This document shows, piece after piece, positions 17,133-25,245 of a stretch of DNA of 30,037 nucleotides (the stretch's first letter is position 1; every line of letters begins with the position of its first letter). A program made the position numbers and the translations under genes. The notes beneath the pieces are model-generated. The model searched no databases and was not told the origin of the DNA. It saw nothing but the letters and a program-made list of their open reading frames with translations. Source of the stretch: Candidatus Sulfobium sp. (GTDB lineage: Bacteria > Nitrospirota > Thermodesulfovibrionia > Thermodesulfovibrionales > UBA6898). The stretch covers positions 1-30,037 of the forward strand of contig JARRRI010000008.1 in NCBI GenBank assembly GCA_037380845.1, given 5' to 3'.

Positions 17133-18073
17133 AAATATTGATCGCCGACGATGACCCCCTATCGAGAAAGCTTCTTGAGAAGACGCTGGGGGGCTGGGGA
17201 CATGAGACGCTCGCTGTCAACAGCGGCGGGGAGGCGTGGAAAACGTTTTTGTCCCACAAGGTCAATTTCATTATCGCCGACTGGTTGATGCCCGGCATGA
17301 ATGGCCCTGATTTATGCAGTAAAATACGCGCCTCGGACTCTTCAGAATACGTGTACTTCATTCTCCTCACCGGCAAGGGCAGGAAAGAAGACATTATTGC
17401 GGGGCTTGACGCAGGCGCTGACGACTACGTGACGAAACCTTTTGAGCCGGACGAACTGCGGGTGCGGCTGCTGGTGGGAGAACGCATATTGAACTTCGAG
17501 AAACAGATCAGCGACAAGAACGGCGAGTTGGTCAGACTGAATGCCAGACTGGAAGAACTTGCGAGACTTGACCCGCTGATGGATATAGGAAACCGGAGGA
17601 GCCTGTACGAAACGATACAGAAGGTCCATCACCGTGCCTGCAGGTCAGCCCACGTTTACGGGCTTATCATGTGCGATATCGACAACTTCAAATCGTATAA
17701 CGATTCTTACGGCCATTTGGCCGGGGATGCCGTTCTCAGGAACGTTGCCAATTCCATAAAGAAATGTCTCCGGATCTCGGATTACGTCTTCAGGTATGGC
17801 GGGGAAGAGATTGTAATCGTCCTGCCCGACCAGGACATGGGATCGTCCGTGACGGTTGCGGAGAGGATCAGGTACGAAGTCGAGTCTCTTCGGATCGAAC
17901 ATAAAAGCCGCAATAAAGGCGTTCTTACGGTGAGTTGCGGAGTGGCCGCATTCGACGTGGAAGGAAACGGCAGCAAGTGGGAAACCCTCCTTGAGTGTGC
18001 AGACAAGGCCCTGTACATGGCCAAATCTTCAGGCAGAAATACGGTGTGTTCATATCCCGAAGAGACTCTATAG
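17129..18073 (+). CDS. REC-GGDEF diguanylate cyclase response regulator
   Basis: GTG start overlaps the kinase stop; REC 'IADDD...IIADWLMPGMNG'; 'CDIDNFKSYNDSYGHLAGDAVL'; I-site RISD; A-site RYGGEEI. Confidence 0.93.
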   Translation: MKILIADDDPLSRKLLEKTLGGWGHETLAVNSGGEAWKTFLSHKVNFIIADWLMPGMNGPDLCSKIRASDSSEYVYFILLTGKGRKEDIIAGLDAGADDYVTKPFEPDELRVRLLVGERILNFEKQISDKNGELVRLNARLEELARLDPLMDIGNRRSLYETIQKVHHRACRSAHVYGLIMCDIDNFKSYNDSYGHLAGDAVLRNVANSIKKCLRISDYVFRYGGEEIVIVLPDQDMGSSVTVAERIRYEVESLRIEHKSRNKGVLTVSCGVAAFDVEGNGSKWETLLECADKALYMAKSSGRNTVCSYPEETL

Positions 18074-18129
18074 CGGGCGTTTTCCGAACTTTGGCGTAAG
18101 CAGGGAAGCTGCCCGGCCGCCCCGGATCC

Positions 18130-18158
18130 TTGAAAATTCACCACCCCTTCTTTATAAT
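18130..18158 (+). promoter_or_regulatory. Sigma-70 promoter of the CsgG-family gene
   Basis: TTGAAA-17 nt-TATAAT about 30 nt upstream of ATG 18188. Confidence 0.7.
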
Positions 18159-18187
18159 TACTGGCAATACGACCCAAAGGGGGGGAT

Positions 18188-18901
18188 ATGAAGAAATTGT
18201 TGTTTGTAGTTTTGTGTCTTACTCTATTTTGTGCATCGGATGGTCTCGCCAAAGGTAAGCCGAGAATAGGGGTATTGAGGTTCACCAACGACACCAGTGC
18301 GGGGTGGTGGAGGGCCAGCGTCGGAAGGGAACTCCAGGACATGCTGGCTTCGGAGCTGGCCAGTACGAGAGCGTTTCACGTGCTTGAAAGGAAAGAGATC
18401 GACGCTGTGCTCGGCGAGCAGGACCTCGGCGCCTCCGGCAGGATCAGCAGATCCACGAGGGCAAAAATCGGCAGGATCAGGGGCGCGAAGTACCTCGTGG
18501 CGGCCACCGTTTCTTCCTACGAAGAGGACACCAGTGGCGGAGGCGGCGGAATCAGCATTGCCGGTTTTTCAATAGGCGGCAAAAAGGACAAGGCTTACAT
18601 CGCGGTAGACCTTAAAGTAATCGACACCGGAACAGCCGAGATCGTCGACGCCAGGACGATAGAGGCATCTTCGTCCTCAGGCGGGTTGAGACTCGGGGGA
18701 GGTGTCGGGATATTCTCGGGAAGCTTGTCCCGGTATAGGAAAACGCCGGCCGGAAAGGCCATCAGGGCATGTATCATCGAGATTTCGGAATACCTGGAAT
18801 GTTCGCTGGTAAGGGGAAGAAACGACTCCTGCATGGAAGATTATGCCGCGAAAGAATCGGCCAGAAGGGAAAGGACAAAGGGCGCTATCGATCTGGAGTA
18901 A
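18188..18901 (+). CDS. CsgG/HfaB-family secreted or outer-membrane protein
   Basis: Signal peptide; 'KPRIGVLRF', 'DMLASEL...FHVLERKEIDAVLGEQDLGASGRI...AKIG...GAKYLV', 'VDLKVIDTGTAEIV', Gly-rich beta-hairpins. Confidence 0.85.
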   Translation: MKKLLFVVLCLTLFCASDGLAKGKPRIGVLRFTNDTSAGWWRASVGRELQDMLASELASTRAFHVLERKEIDAVLGEQDLGASGRISRSTRAKIGRIRGAKYLVAATVSSYEEDTSGGGGGISIAGFSIGGKKDKAYIAVDLKVIDTGTAEIVDARTIEASSSSGGLRLGGGVGIFSGSLSRYRKTPAGKAIRACIIEISEYLECSLVRGRNDSCMEDYAAKESARRERTKGAIDLE

Positions 18902-18928
18902 CCCGGACCCCAGTTCAGGCAACCGTCA

Positions 18929-18968
18929 GGGGGACGCGACAAAAGGCATGACGCGGGCCGCGTCCCCC
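18929..18968. terminator. Hairpin between convergent genes (possible terminator)
   Basis: GGGGGACGCG ... CGCGTCCCCC, 10-bp stem with a 20-nt loop and no clear U-tract. Confidence 0.4.
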
Positions 18969-18969
18969 C

Positions 18970-20463
18970 TCAGATACGCTCTACCGTCCTGATGAGGGCT
19001 TCGGCTTTTTTTATGCTTTCCTGATATTCCCGCTCCGGGTCGGAATCGGCCACAATCCCTGCCCCCGCCTGGATATACGCCCTGCCCTCCTTCTTCAAAA
19101 GCGTTCTTATAATGATGTTGAAGTCCATATTGCCGCTGAACCCTATGTATCCTGCCGAACCCGTGTATGGGCCGCGCCGGAACGGCTCAAGTTCGTCGAT
19201 GATCTCCATGCACCTCACCTTCGGCACGCCGGTTATCGTCCCGCCGGGGAAAGTGGCCTTTATCACATCGATACAGTCCTTTCCCTCCGCGAGAACGCCC
19301 TTAACATTCGAAACGATATGTATAACGTGAGAGTATTCCTCCGTGATCATGAGCTCATCCACAGCCACGGTGCCATAATCCGCAACCCTCCCGAGATCGT
19401 TTCTTTCCAGGTCGATAAGCATGATATGTTCCGCCCTTTCCTTTTCATTCAGGAGAAGTTCCGCCCGCATCCTTTCGTCTTCGGCCAGGTCGCTGCCCCG
19501 CGGCCTCGTGCCGGCAATCGGCCTTGTATCGACAACCCTCTCGTTGACTCTTACCAGCCTTTCCGGGGAGGAACTGACGATCTGGTAACGGCCGAAATCA
19601 ATGAAACACGAGAAGGGAGAAGGATTTATCTCCCTGAGGACACGGTACATGTCCCAGGGATTGCTGTCACCGACGTCTGCCGAAACCCGTAGAGACAGGT
19701 TCGCCTGGAATATGTCGCCTGCCGCAATATACTCTTTCGCCTTTTCCACCATCCGGATGTAACGGTCCTTGCCGGTATCATCTTTGATGACAGCAGGCGC
19801 ATTATAAGTTGTCCTGCGCGGCACCGGCAACTCCACACAGGAGGAGGATAAGCCCCTGGCAATCTTTTCATATATGTGGCGTACGACTTCTTCCGCTTCC
19901 TCTGCGTAAATCTTCGGGCTGCTGTCCCCTCCGGAATATCCGAGGCCCCGCTCCTGCGCCCCGGGGCAGACAACGATCCAGCTCTTCTCCAGCATATGAT
20001 CGAATGCCACAATCCGGTCCAGCATAAAAATATGAGCATCCGGCAGATGGAGGTCGTCAACCGCGTTGTGAGGAAGTCTCTCCAGGTAGCGTGAGAAGTC
20101 ATAGCTCAGCATACCCGCGGCGCCTCCCTGAAAAGGCGGCAGGCCCTCCACGGGTTTCTGCCTGTAGCCGGCCAGGAGTTCTCTGAGTCTCTCGAGGGGA
20201 TTCCTGTAAGACAACCCCTTCCTGCCGCGCCAGTCCGTTTCAACCAGGCCGTCTTTCACAGTGAGGACCAGGTAAGGATCAAGGCCGATGAACGAATAAC
20301 GGGCAATGTTGCCGGGCCCCTTGACACTCTCAAAAAGGAGGCTTTTCGGGGCCCTGAGGCAGCCGTAAAGGATGTCCGGCCTCACAAAGGGTATTTCCCT
20401 GAATACGGGCGAAAGCCCTTCGTCGCTAAAAATCATGCCGGGTGCATCATAGCGGGACGTCAT
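18970..20463 (-). CDS. Anthranilate synthase component I family chorismate-binding enzyme (PabB/TrpE)
   Basis: 'LLFES...RYSFIG', 'PPFQGG', 'IAAGDIFQANLS', 'SSSPERL', 'RPIAGTRPRG', 'KERAEHIMLIDLERNDLGRV', 'FPGGTITGVPK', 'QAGAGIVADS'. Confidence 0.92.
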   Translation of the reverse strand: MTSRYDAPGMIFSDEGLSPVFREIPFVRPDILYGCLRAPKSLLFESVKGPGNIARYSFIGLDPYLVLTVKDGLVETDWRGRKGLSYRNPLERLRELLAGYRQKPVEGLPPFQGGAAGMLSYDFSRYLERLPHNAVDDLHLPDAHIFMLDRIVAFDHMLEKSWIVVCPGAQERGLGYSGGDSSPKIYAEEAEEVVRHIYEKIARGLSSSCVELPVPRRTTYNAPAVIKDDTGKDRYIRMVEKAKEYIAAGDIFQANLSLRVSADVGDSNPWDMYRVLREINPSPFSCFIDFGRYQIVSSSPERLVRVNERVVDTRPIAGTRPRGSDLAEDERMRAELLLNEKERAEHIMLIDLERNDLGRVADYGTVAVDELMITEEYSHVIHIVSNVKGVLAEGKDCIDVIKATFPGGTITGVPKVRCMEIIDELEPFRRGPYTGSAGYIGFSGNMDFNIIIRTLLKKEGRAYIQAGAGIVADSDPEREYQESIKKAEALIRTVERI

Positions 20464-20480
20464 ATTAAAGCCGGCCGGTT

Positions 20481-21203
20481 TCAGGCAGCCGCGATCTCTT
20501 TCTGTATCCGCTCTATGGCCTTCAGCGGATTGTCCTGCCCGAGTATGGCCCTTCCCATCACAAGATAGTCCGACCCTTCACGTATCGCCTCTTTCGGGGT
20601 CACGATGCGCATCTGATCGCCAGGCGGCGTCCACGAAGGCCTGACGCCGGGCGTAACAATCAGGAACCCGGTCCCGCAGTGCCCCCGGATCATGGCCGCC
20701 TCCCTTCCCGAGGCCACCACCCCGTCCAGACCCGCCTTCAGGGCCAGTCCTGAAAGGTGTCTCACATGTGTGTTGAGACTGTGCTGAACTCCGATTTCGT
20801 CCCTCAGTACGTCTTTTGAAATACTGGTGAGTACCGTAACCGCAAGTATCCTCGGCCTGTTCAGGTTTTCTTTCAGACATAAGTTCACTACATCATCACC
20901 GCACTTCTTCATCATGTCCAGCCCTCCGGAAGCGTGCACATTGAACATGAAGACGCCGAGCCTTGCAGCGAGAACGGCCGCCCGGGAGACGGTATTCGGG
21001 ATGTCGTGGAATTTCAGGTCGAGAAATACCCTCCGCCCCCTGCGGTGGATCTCCCGAATTATCGGCGGGCCTGCTGCGGTAAAAAGCTCAAGTCCGACTT
21101 TAAAAATGTCAATGTAATCCTTGAATTTATCTACAATGTCCAGCGCATAATCGTATTCCGGAACGTCAAGAGCGAGAATTATCCTGTCTTTCGGTTCAGT
21201 CAC
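20481..21203 (-). CDS. pyrF: Orotidine-5'-phosphate decarboxylase
   Basis: 'IILALD', 'KVGLELF', 'FLDLKFHDIPNTV', 'NVHASGG', 'VTVLTS', 'VTPGVRP', 'VMGRAI'. GTG start at 21203 with an SD-like GGAG, overlapping the upstream stop. Confidence 0.97.
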   Translation of the reverse strand: MTEPKDRIILALDVPEYDYALDIVDKFKDYIDIFKVGLELFTAAGPPIIREIHRRGRRVFLDLKFHDIPNTVSRAAVLAARLGVFMFNVHASGGLDMMKKCGDDVVNLCLKENLNRPRILAVTVLTSISKDVLRDEIGVQHSLNTHVRHLSGLALKAGLDGVVASGREAAMIRGHCGTGFLIVTPGVRPSWTPPGDQMRIVTPKEAIREGSDYLVMGRAILGQDNPLKAIERIQKEIAAA

Positions 21204-21822
21204 AGAACTTCTCTCCGGCCACCTCCTGAGCCCCGCAGACATAACTGTCAAAAACTATCTGCGACCAGGTCTCCATCTTGTCGTAAACCTGCATCATCCC
21301 CTTTTGATCCGCCCACTGCCCGGCCATTTTTTCCGTCTCTTTTACCGAATATTCACGGGATTCCACTTCAAGCACGAAAACAAGGCCCAAATGGACCTTG
21401 CTGACACTCGAACTTTCGTCGTTTATGACGCCTTTAAATGACAACCTTCCGGGGCCGCCGAGCAGAATTTCCTCGTTGAGTTCTCTATAAAGCCCCTTAA
21501 TGATTATATTCGGATATCCGCCATCCGGCAAAGAAGGGTTTATATGACCTCCTATGCCCAGAGAATATTTGTTATGAAGTCTTTCTTCAGTCTGTTTGGA
21601 GGTCCTTCTGAGGAGCAGAAAATTGTCCCGGCAACGGACGATTACGTACGGTATTACCTGCTTGAGACCGAAATCGTGTTCCGCATCGCTCCGGGGAACG
21701 AACATGTGGGCCGCCAATATTTCGTTGAATATGGCGTCTCCCCTCCCTGTTATCAGACGTTCACCGGACGCCAGGAACGGCTCCAGCAGTTCCCTCTTTA
21801 CGACTAATACTTCTTCCGGCAT
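21196..21822 (-). CDS. NUDIX-superfamily phosphoesterase (COG4112-like)
   Basis: 'AEHDFGLKQVIPY', 'EERLHNKYSLGIGGHINP', Nudix-like 'RELNEEI', 'GVINDE...VHLGLVF', 'METWSQI'. Confidence 0.85.
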   Translation of the reverse strand: MPEEVLVVKRELLEPFLASGERLITGRGDAIFNEILAAHMFVPRSDAEHDFGLKQVIPYVIVRCRDNFLLLRRTSKQTEERLHNKYSLGIGGHINPSLPDGGYPNIIIKGLYRELNEEILLGGPGRLSFKGVINDESSSVSKVHLGLVFVLEVESREYSVKETEKMAGQWADQKGMMQVYDKMETWSQIVFDSYVCGAQEVAGEKFCD

Positions 21823-21882
21823 GTTGAACTGTCAACTCCTTCCTGCAGACATTAAACAATACCTGTTTATTTCAAGTCGGCC

Positions 21883-21956
21883 GTCATTCCACCATTCGAT
21901 CGCGGAATCCGGCGATTTCAACGTCTCCGGATTGTCCGATCAAGTCTGACAATGAC
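21883..21956. repeat. REP doublet (GTCATT...GGAATCC / GGATT...AATGAC)
   Basis: GTCATTCCACCATTCGATCGCGGAATCC-spacer-GGATTGTCCGATCAAGTCTGACAATGAC: two inverted units, each with an internal imperfect hairpin. Confidence 0.7.
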
Positions 21957-22045
21957 AAACTGCAGCAACCCTGGAGCGGGTCGCCCAACGCATGGCCGCA
22001 AAATAACACAGACTATTATACACGGTCTTCTGCTTCCCGCGTCTT

Positions 22046-23407
22046 TCACTCTTCATCGAGTCCGTATTTCTTGAGCTTTCGCCATAAAGATACCCGGTCT
22101 ATCCCCAGTATCTGTGAGGCGGTGGTCTTGTTCCCGCCGACTTCATTCAGTACCCAGTTGATATATGCCATCTCCTGCTCTTCAAGGGACGGCATCCTTC
22201 CCTCTTTCTTTCTGAAAGTCCTTATATGGAGCTCCTTCAGGTCTTCGGGCAGCTGGCCCATTTCTATCATCCCCCCGTTTGAAAGGGCGACGCCTCTCTC
22301 GATGATGTTTTCAAGTTCTCTGACATTTCCGGGGAAATCGTAGTTTGTCAAAACGGCCATAACATCGGGAGAGATCTCCTCCACATTCTTTTTCATGATG
22401 GTCGTATACTTTTTCAGAAAGTAGTAACTGAGAAGAGGAATGTCGCCGCTCCTCTCCGACAGCGGCGGAACGTGCAGGGATACGACATTAAGCCTGAAAT
22501 AAAGGTCCTGTCTGAAGCCGCCGTTTCTTATGGCATCCTGAATGTACCTGTTGGTTGCCGCCACAAACCTGACGTTCACGCGCACGGGTTCGGTAGCTCC
22601 GAGGCGAAGCATCTCTTTTTCCTGGATCACCCTGAGGAGTTTTACCTGCATCGAGGGCGACATCTCCGTAACCTCGTCGAGAAAAAGGGTCCCGCCGGAC
22701 GCCATCTCGATCAACCCTTTCTTCATGGTTGCAGCGCCGGTGAACGCGCCCTTCTCATGCCCGAACAACTCATTGCCGAGAAGGTCTTCGGAGAAGGCCC
22801 CGCAGTTTATGGCAAAAAAAGGGCCTTCGCAGCGTCCGCTCTGCAAATGTATATATCTCGCGAAGAGTTCCTTGCCGGTCCCGCTCTCCCCGCCCAGAAG
22901 GACATTGCAGTCCGTGGGGGCTATCTGCCGCGCCGTCTCCAGAAGCCTCTGCATCGAAGCGTCCTGTGTGATAATCTTGATCTTCCCCTCGCAGCGGTCG
23001 ATCTGCTTCCTCAACTGCCTGTTTTCCTTCCTCAGCGCGACTTTCTCCGCCGCTTCCTTCACGACCTTTCTCACCTCATCCAGCTTGAACGGCTTAGCCA
23101 TATAATAGAAAGCACCACACTTCATGCTCTCTACCGCCGATTCGAGAGTCGCAAATCCGGTAATCATAATGACCTCGGTATCAGGATAAAGCTCCTTGCA
23201 CTTCTTAAGCAGCTGCATACCGTCCACCTTCTCCATCTTGAGATCCGTAAGAAGGACATCGAAGATCTGATCGTCCAGCAGCTTAAGAGCATTCTGGCCG
23301 CTCTGGGTGCCGGTCACCTCATAACCCTCTTTCTTCATGACGTGCTCGAGGTTCTTAAGCGCGGTCTTTTCATCGTCCACAATCAGTATTTTCGCTACAT
23401 GCTCCAT
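22046..23407 (-). CDS. Sigma-54-dependent response regulator (NtrC/AtoC family, REC-AAA+-Fis HTH)
   Basis: 'ILIVDDE', 'LTDLKM', 'GESGTGKE', 'ELFGHEKGAFTGA', 'LFLDEV', 'FPGNVRELEN', 'GNKTTASQILGIDRVSLWRKLKKY'. Confidence 0.96.
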   Translation of the reverse strand: MEHVAKILIVDDEKTALKNLEHVMKKEGYEVTGTQSGQNALKLLDDQIFDVLLTDLKMEKVDGMQLLKKCKELYPDTEVIMITGFATLESAVESMKCGAFYYMAKPFKLDEVRKVVKEAAEKVALRKENRQLRKQIDRCEGKIKIITQDASMQRLLETARQIAPTDCNVLLGGESGTGKELFARYIHLQSGRCEGPFFAINCGAFSEDLLGNELFGHEKGAFTGAATMKKGLIEMASGGTLFLDEVTEMSPSMQVKLLRVIQEKEMLRLGATEPVRVNVRFVAATNRYIQDAIRNGGFRQDLYFRLNVVSLHVPPLSERSGDIPLLSYYFLKKYTTIMKKNVEEISPDVMAVLTNYDFPGNVRELENIIERGVALSNGGMIEMGQLPEDLKELHIRTFRKKEGRMPSLEEQEMAYINWVLNEVGGNKTTASQILGIDRVSLWRKLKKYGLDEE

Positions 23408-23410
23408 AGA

Positions 23411-23693
23411 TCAGAATTCCTTTCGTTCCTTGTCTTTCCGGCCTCTGCTTTTGCCATCCCCGTGAAGCGGCAGCCTGATCAGGAAAGTGGTCCCCTGCCC
23501 GCTGGTACTCTCCACTGCGATGCAGCCGTCCGATATTACGTCCCCGAACGTTATTTTTTTCAAGAAACCTCAATTCGAAAAAGATGAGGATTGAGATACC
23601 TACCATCACGGCAACTGTTGCGTAATAGCCGAGAATGACCTTCTGTCGGCTGCTTCGCCGGTATCCAGCATTAGTACATTTTATCAGCTTCAT
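23411..23693 (-). pseudogene. Remnant of a sensor histidine kinase (N-terminal TM fused to the HATPase C-terminus)
   Basis: TM 'QKVILGYYATVAVMVGISILIFFELRFLEK', then a frameshift in an A7 run (23554-23560), then 'ITFGDVIS|DGCIAVESTSGQGTTFLIRLP...KEF*' ending 3 nt before the regulator ATG. Confidence 0.8.
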
Positions 23694-23884
23694 ATTGCAA
23701 TAAGCAACATCGTTTAAAACTTCTGCAACATCTCAGGAACAGATCCTGCCATGACCCGTTTGCAGCAACTCATCATGGATGGTTTCCACTGGTGATGTAC
23801 TTTCTTTTCAGCGCCATCGGGATTATTGCATCACGACTTACCTTCCTCTCAATTCGGCCCTGAAAAGAACTTCTCGCCGATTCT

Positions 23885-23899
23885 GTTGCATTAAGCAAC
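23885..23899. promoter_or_regulatory. Candidate enhancer palindrome for the sigma-54 activator
   Basis: GTTGC-ATTAA-GCAAC; second copy ATTGCAATAAGCAAC at 23694-23708. Confidence 0.5.
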
Positions 23900-23975
23900 C
23901 CACTCCTTGCCCTCCGCCATAAGCTCCCCCGTCTTTTTTCATGGTTTTTCGGGTAGTTACAACTCCGGCAGCGAA

Positions 23976-23991
23976 TGGCACACATCTTGAA
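23976..23991 (+). promoter_or_regulatory. Putative sigma-54 (-24/-12) promoter of the TauE/SafE gene
   Basis: TGGCAC-ACATC-TTGAA; the -24 element is consensus, while -12 reads GA instead of GC. Confidence 0.55.
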
Positions 23992-24091
23992 AAAGCCCTT
24001 TTTGTATCCCCACAGGTCTTTCATCGGCTACTTCGCTTCGCGGAGATGTCAGGCATCAGTGGGACCAGAAATATACCGGAGGTGAAATAAC

Positions 24092-25183
24092 ATGCACGAC
24101 ATAGTCAAAGAAGCAGCCAATTTTATCACCCTCGACGCAGCCAGGATAATCTATCTCTTTCTCGTGGGGTTCGCAGGTGGCGTGATCAGCGGATTTGTCG
24201 GATCCGGAGGCGGGTTTGTACTCGCCCCGGCCATGATGAGCCTCGGCGTACCGGGTCTTGTGGCAGTTGCAAGCACCATGTGTCACAGGTTCCCCAAAGC
24301 GCTTGCCGGCGCAATAAAGCGTGCCAGGTACGGACAGGTGGATGTCAAGCTCGGCCTCATCTTCGGCGCCTCCGCCGGGGCCGGAGTCCTTTACGGTGCG
24401 AACGTTCAGGACGGTATCAGGAAGGTTTTCGGAGACCCCGGCTCGGACCTCTATGTCAGCTCCGCGTTCGTCCTGGTCCTCTCTGTTGTGGGCGTTTCTT
24501 TACTGCGCGACGCCGTAATGACTCACAGGACGGGAAACGTACGTAATGAGGAAATGCCGGCCAGGTTTGCCCGCCGGGTTCAGTCTTTGAAGATCCCGGG
24601 CACCATGGTCTACTTCAAAAGCCTCAATGCCCGGATCTCCGTCCTCTTAATAATACCTGCCGGGTTCGCGACCGGCGTGCTCGCCGCAACAATCGGTGTC
24701 GGGGGGTTCATAGGCGTTCCCTCGATGATCTACGTGCTGGGCGCTCCCGGCATCATGGCCTCTGCGACCGAGCTGGTAGTCGCCTTCACGGCGGGACTCA
24801 GCGGCACCTTCAGGTACGCCATGAGCGGTCTCGTCGATATCCGTCTCGTGGTACTGATACTCTGTGGTTCCGTCTTCGGAGTCCGGCTCGGTGCAATCGG
24901 CATGACCTGTGTGAAACCGTTTATGGTCAAGCTTGTGATGGGCGTCACCATGGCAATCGTACTTTTCAGCAGGGGGTTAATGATACCGGTTTACCTTTCA
25001 GGGCTGGGAGTAATCGAGACCCTGAGCGACACCACCCTCAAAGTGCTCAGGAACATGAGTTTCATTATTATGGTAATGGCGCTGGTCACAGGAGTTGCCG
25101 TCGTACTGCATGCGACATGGCGGGGGCGCCGGAAGGAGAGACTGCTCCCGGCGACAGATATCCCTTTGCGGATCAGGGTCTGA
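24092..25183 (+). CDS. Sulfite exporter TauE/SafE family membrane protein
   Basis: SD GGAGGT; 'GFAGGVISGFVGSGGGFVLAPAMMSLGVP', 'CHRFPKA...GQVDVKLG', second repeat 'ATIGVGGFIGVPSMIYVLG...ASATEL'. Confidence 0.88.
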   Translation: MHDIVKEAANFITLDAARIIYLFLVGFAGGVISGFVGSGGGFVLAPAMMSLGVPGLVAVASTMCHRFPKALAGAIKRARYGQVDVKLGLIFGASAGAGVLYGANVQDGIRKVFGDPGSDLYVSSAFVLVLSVVGVSLLRDAVMTHRTGNVRNEEMPARFARRVQSLKIPGTMVYFKSLNARISVLLIIPAGFATGVLAATIGVGGFIGVPSMIYVLGAPGIMASATELVVAFTAGLSGTFRYAMSGLVDIRLVVLILCGSVFGVRLGAIGMTCVKPFMVKLVMGVTMAIVLFSRGLMIPVYLSGLGVIETLSDTTLKVLRNMSFIIMVMALVTGVAVVLHATWRGRRKERLLPATDIPLRIRV

Positions 25184-25245
25184 TACCTTAATGAGCGATG
25201 GGCAAACGTCACCCGGCATAGCCGGAATAAGGAAGACAGTTTGAG

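Noticed and set aside
22472..23587. Long antisense ORFs (371 aa here; also 6917-7819, 8701-9561, 11840-12712, 14844-15662)
   Set aside because: Shadow frames opposite well-supported genes, expected with GC-biased codon usage; no motifs.
23370..23693. 107-aa ORF as an intact small membrane protein
   Set aside because: Its second half is the wrong-frame reading of a kinase HATPase tail, so it is better explained as a pseudogene.
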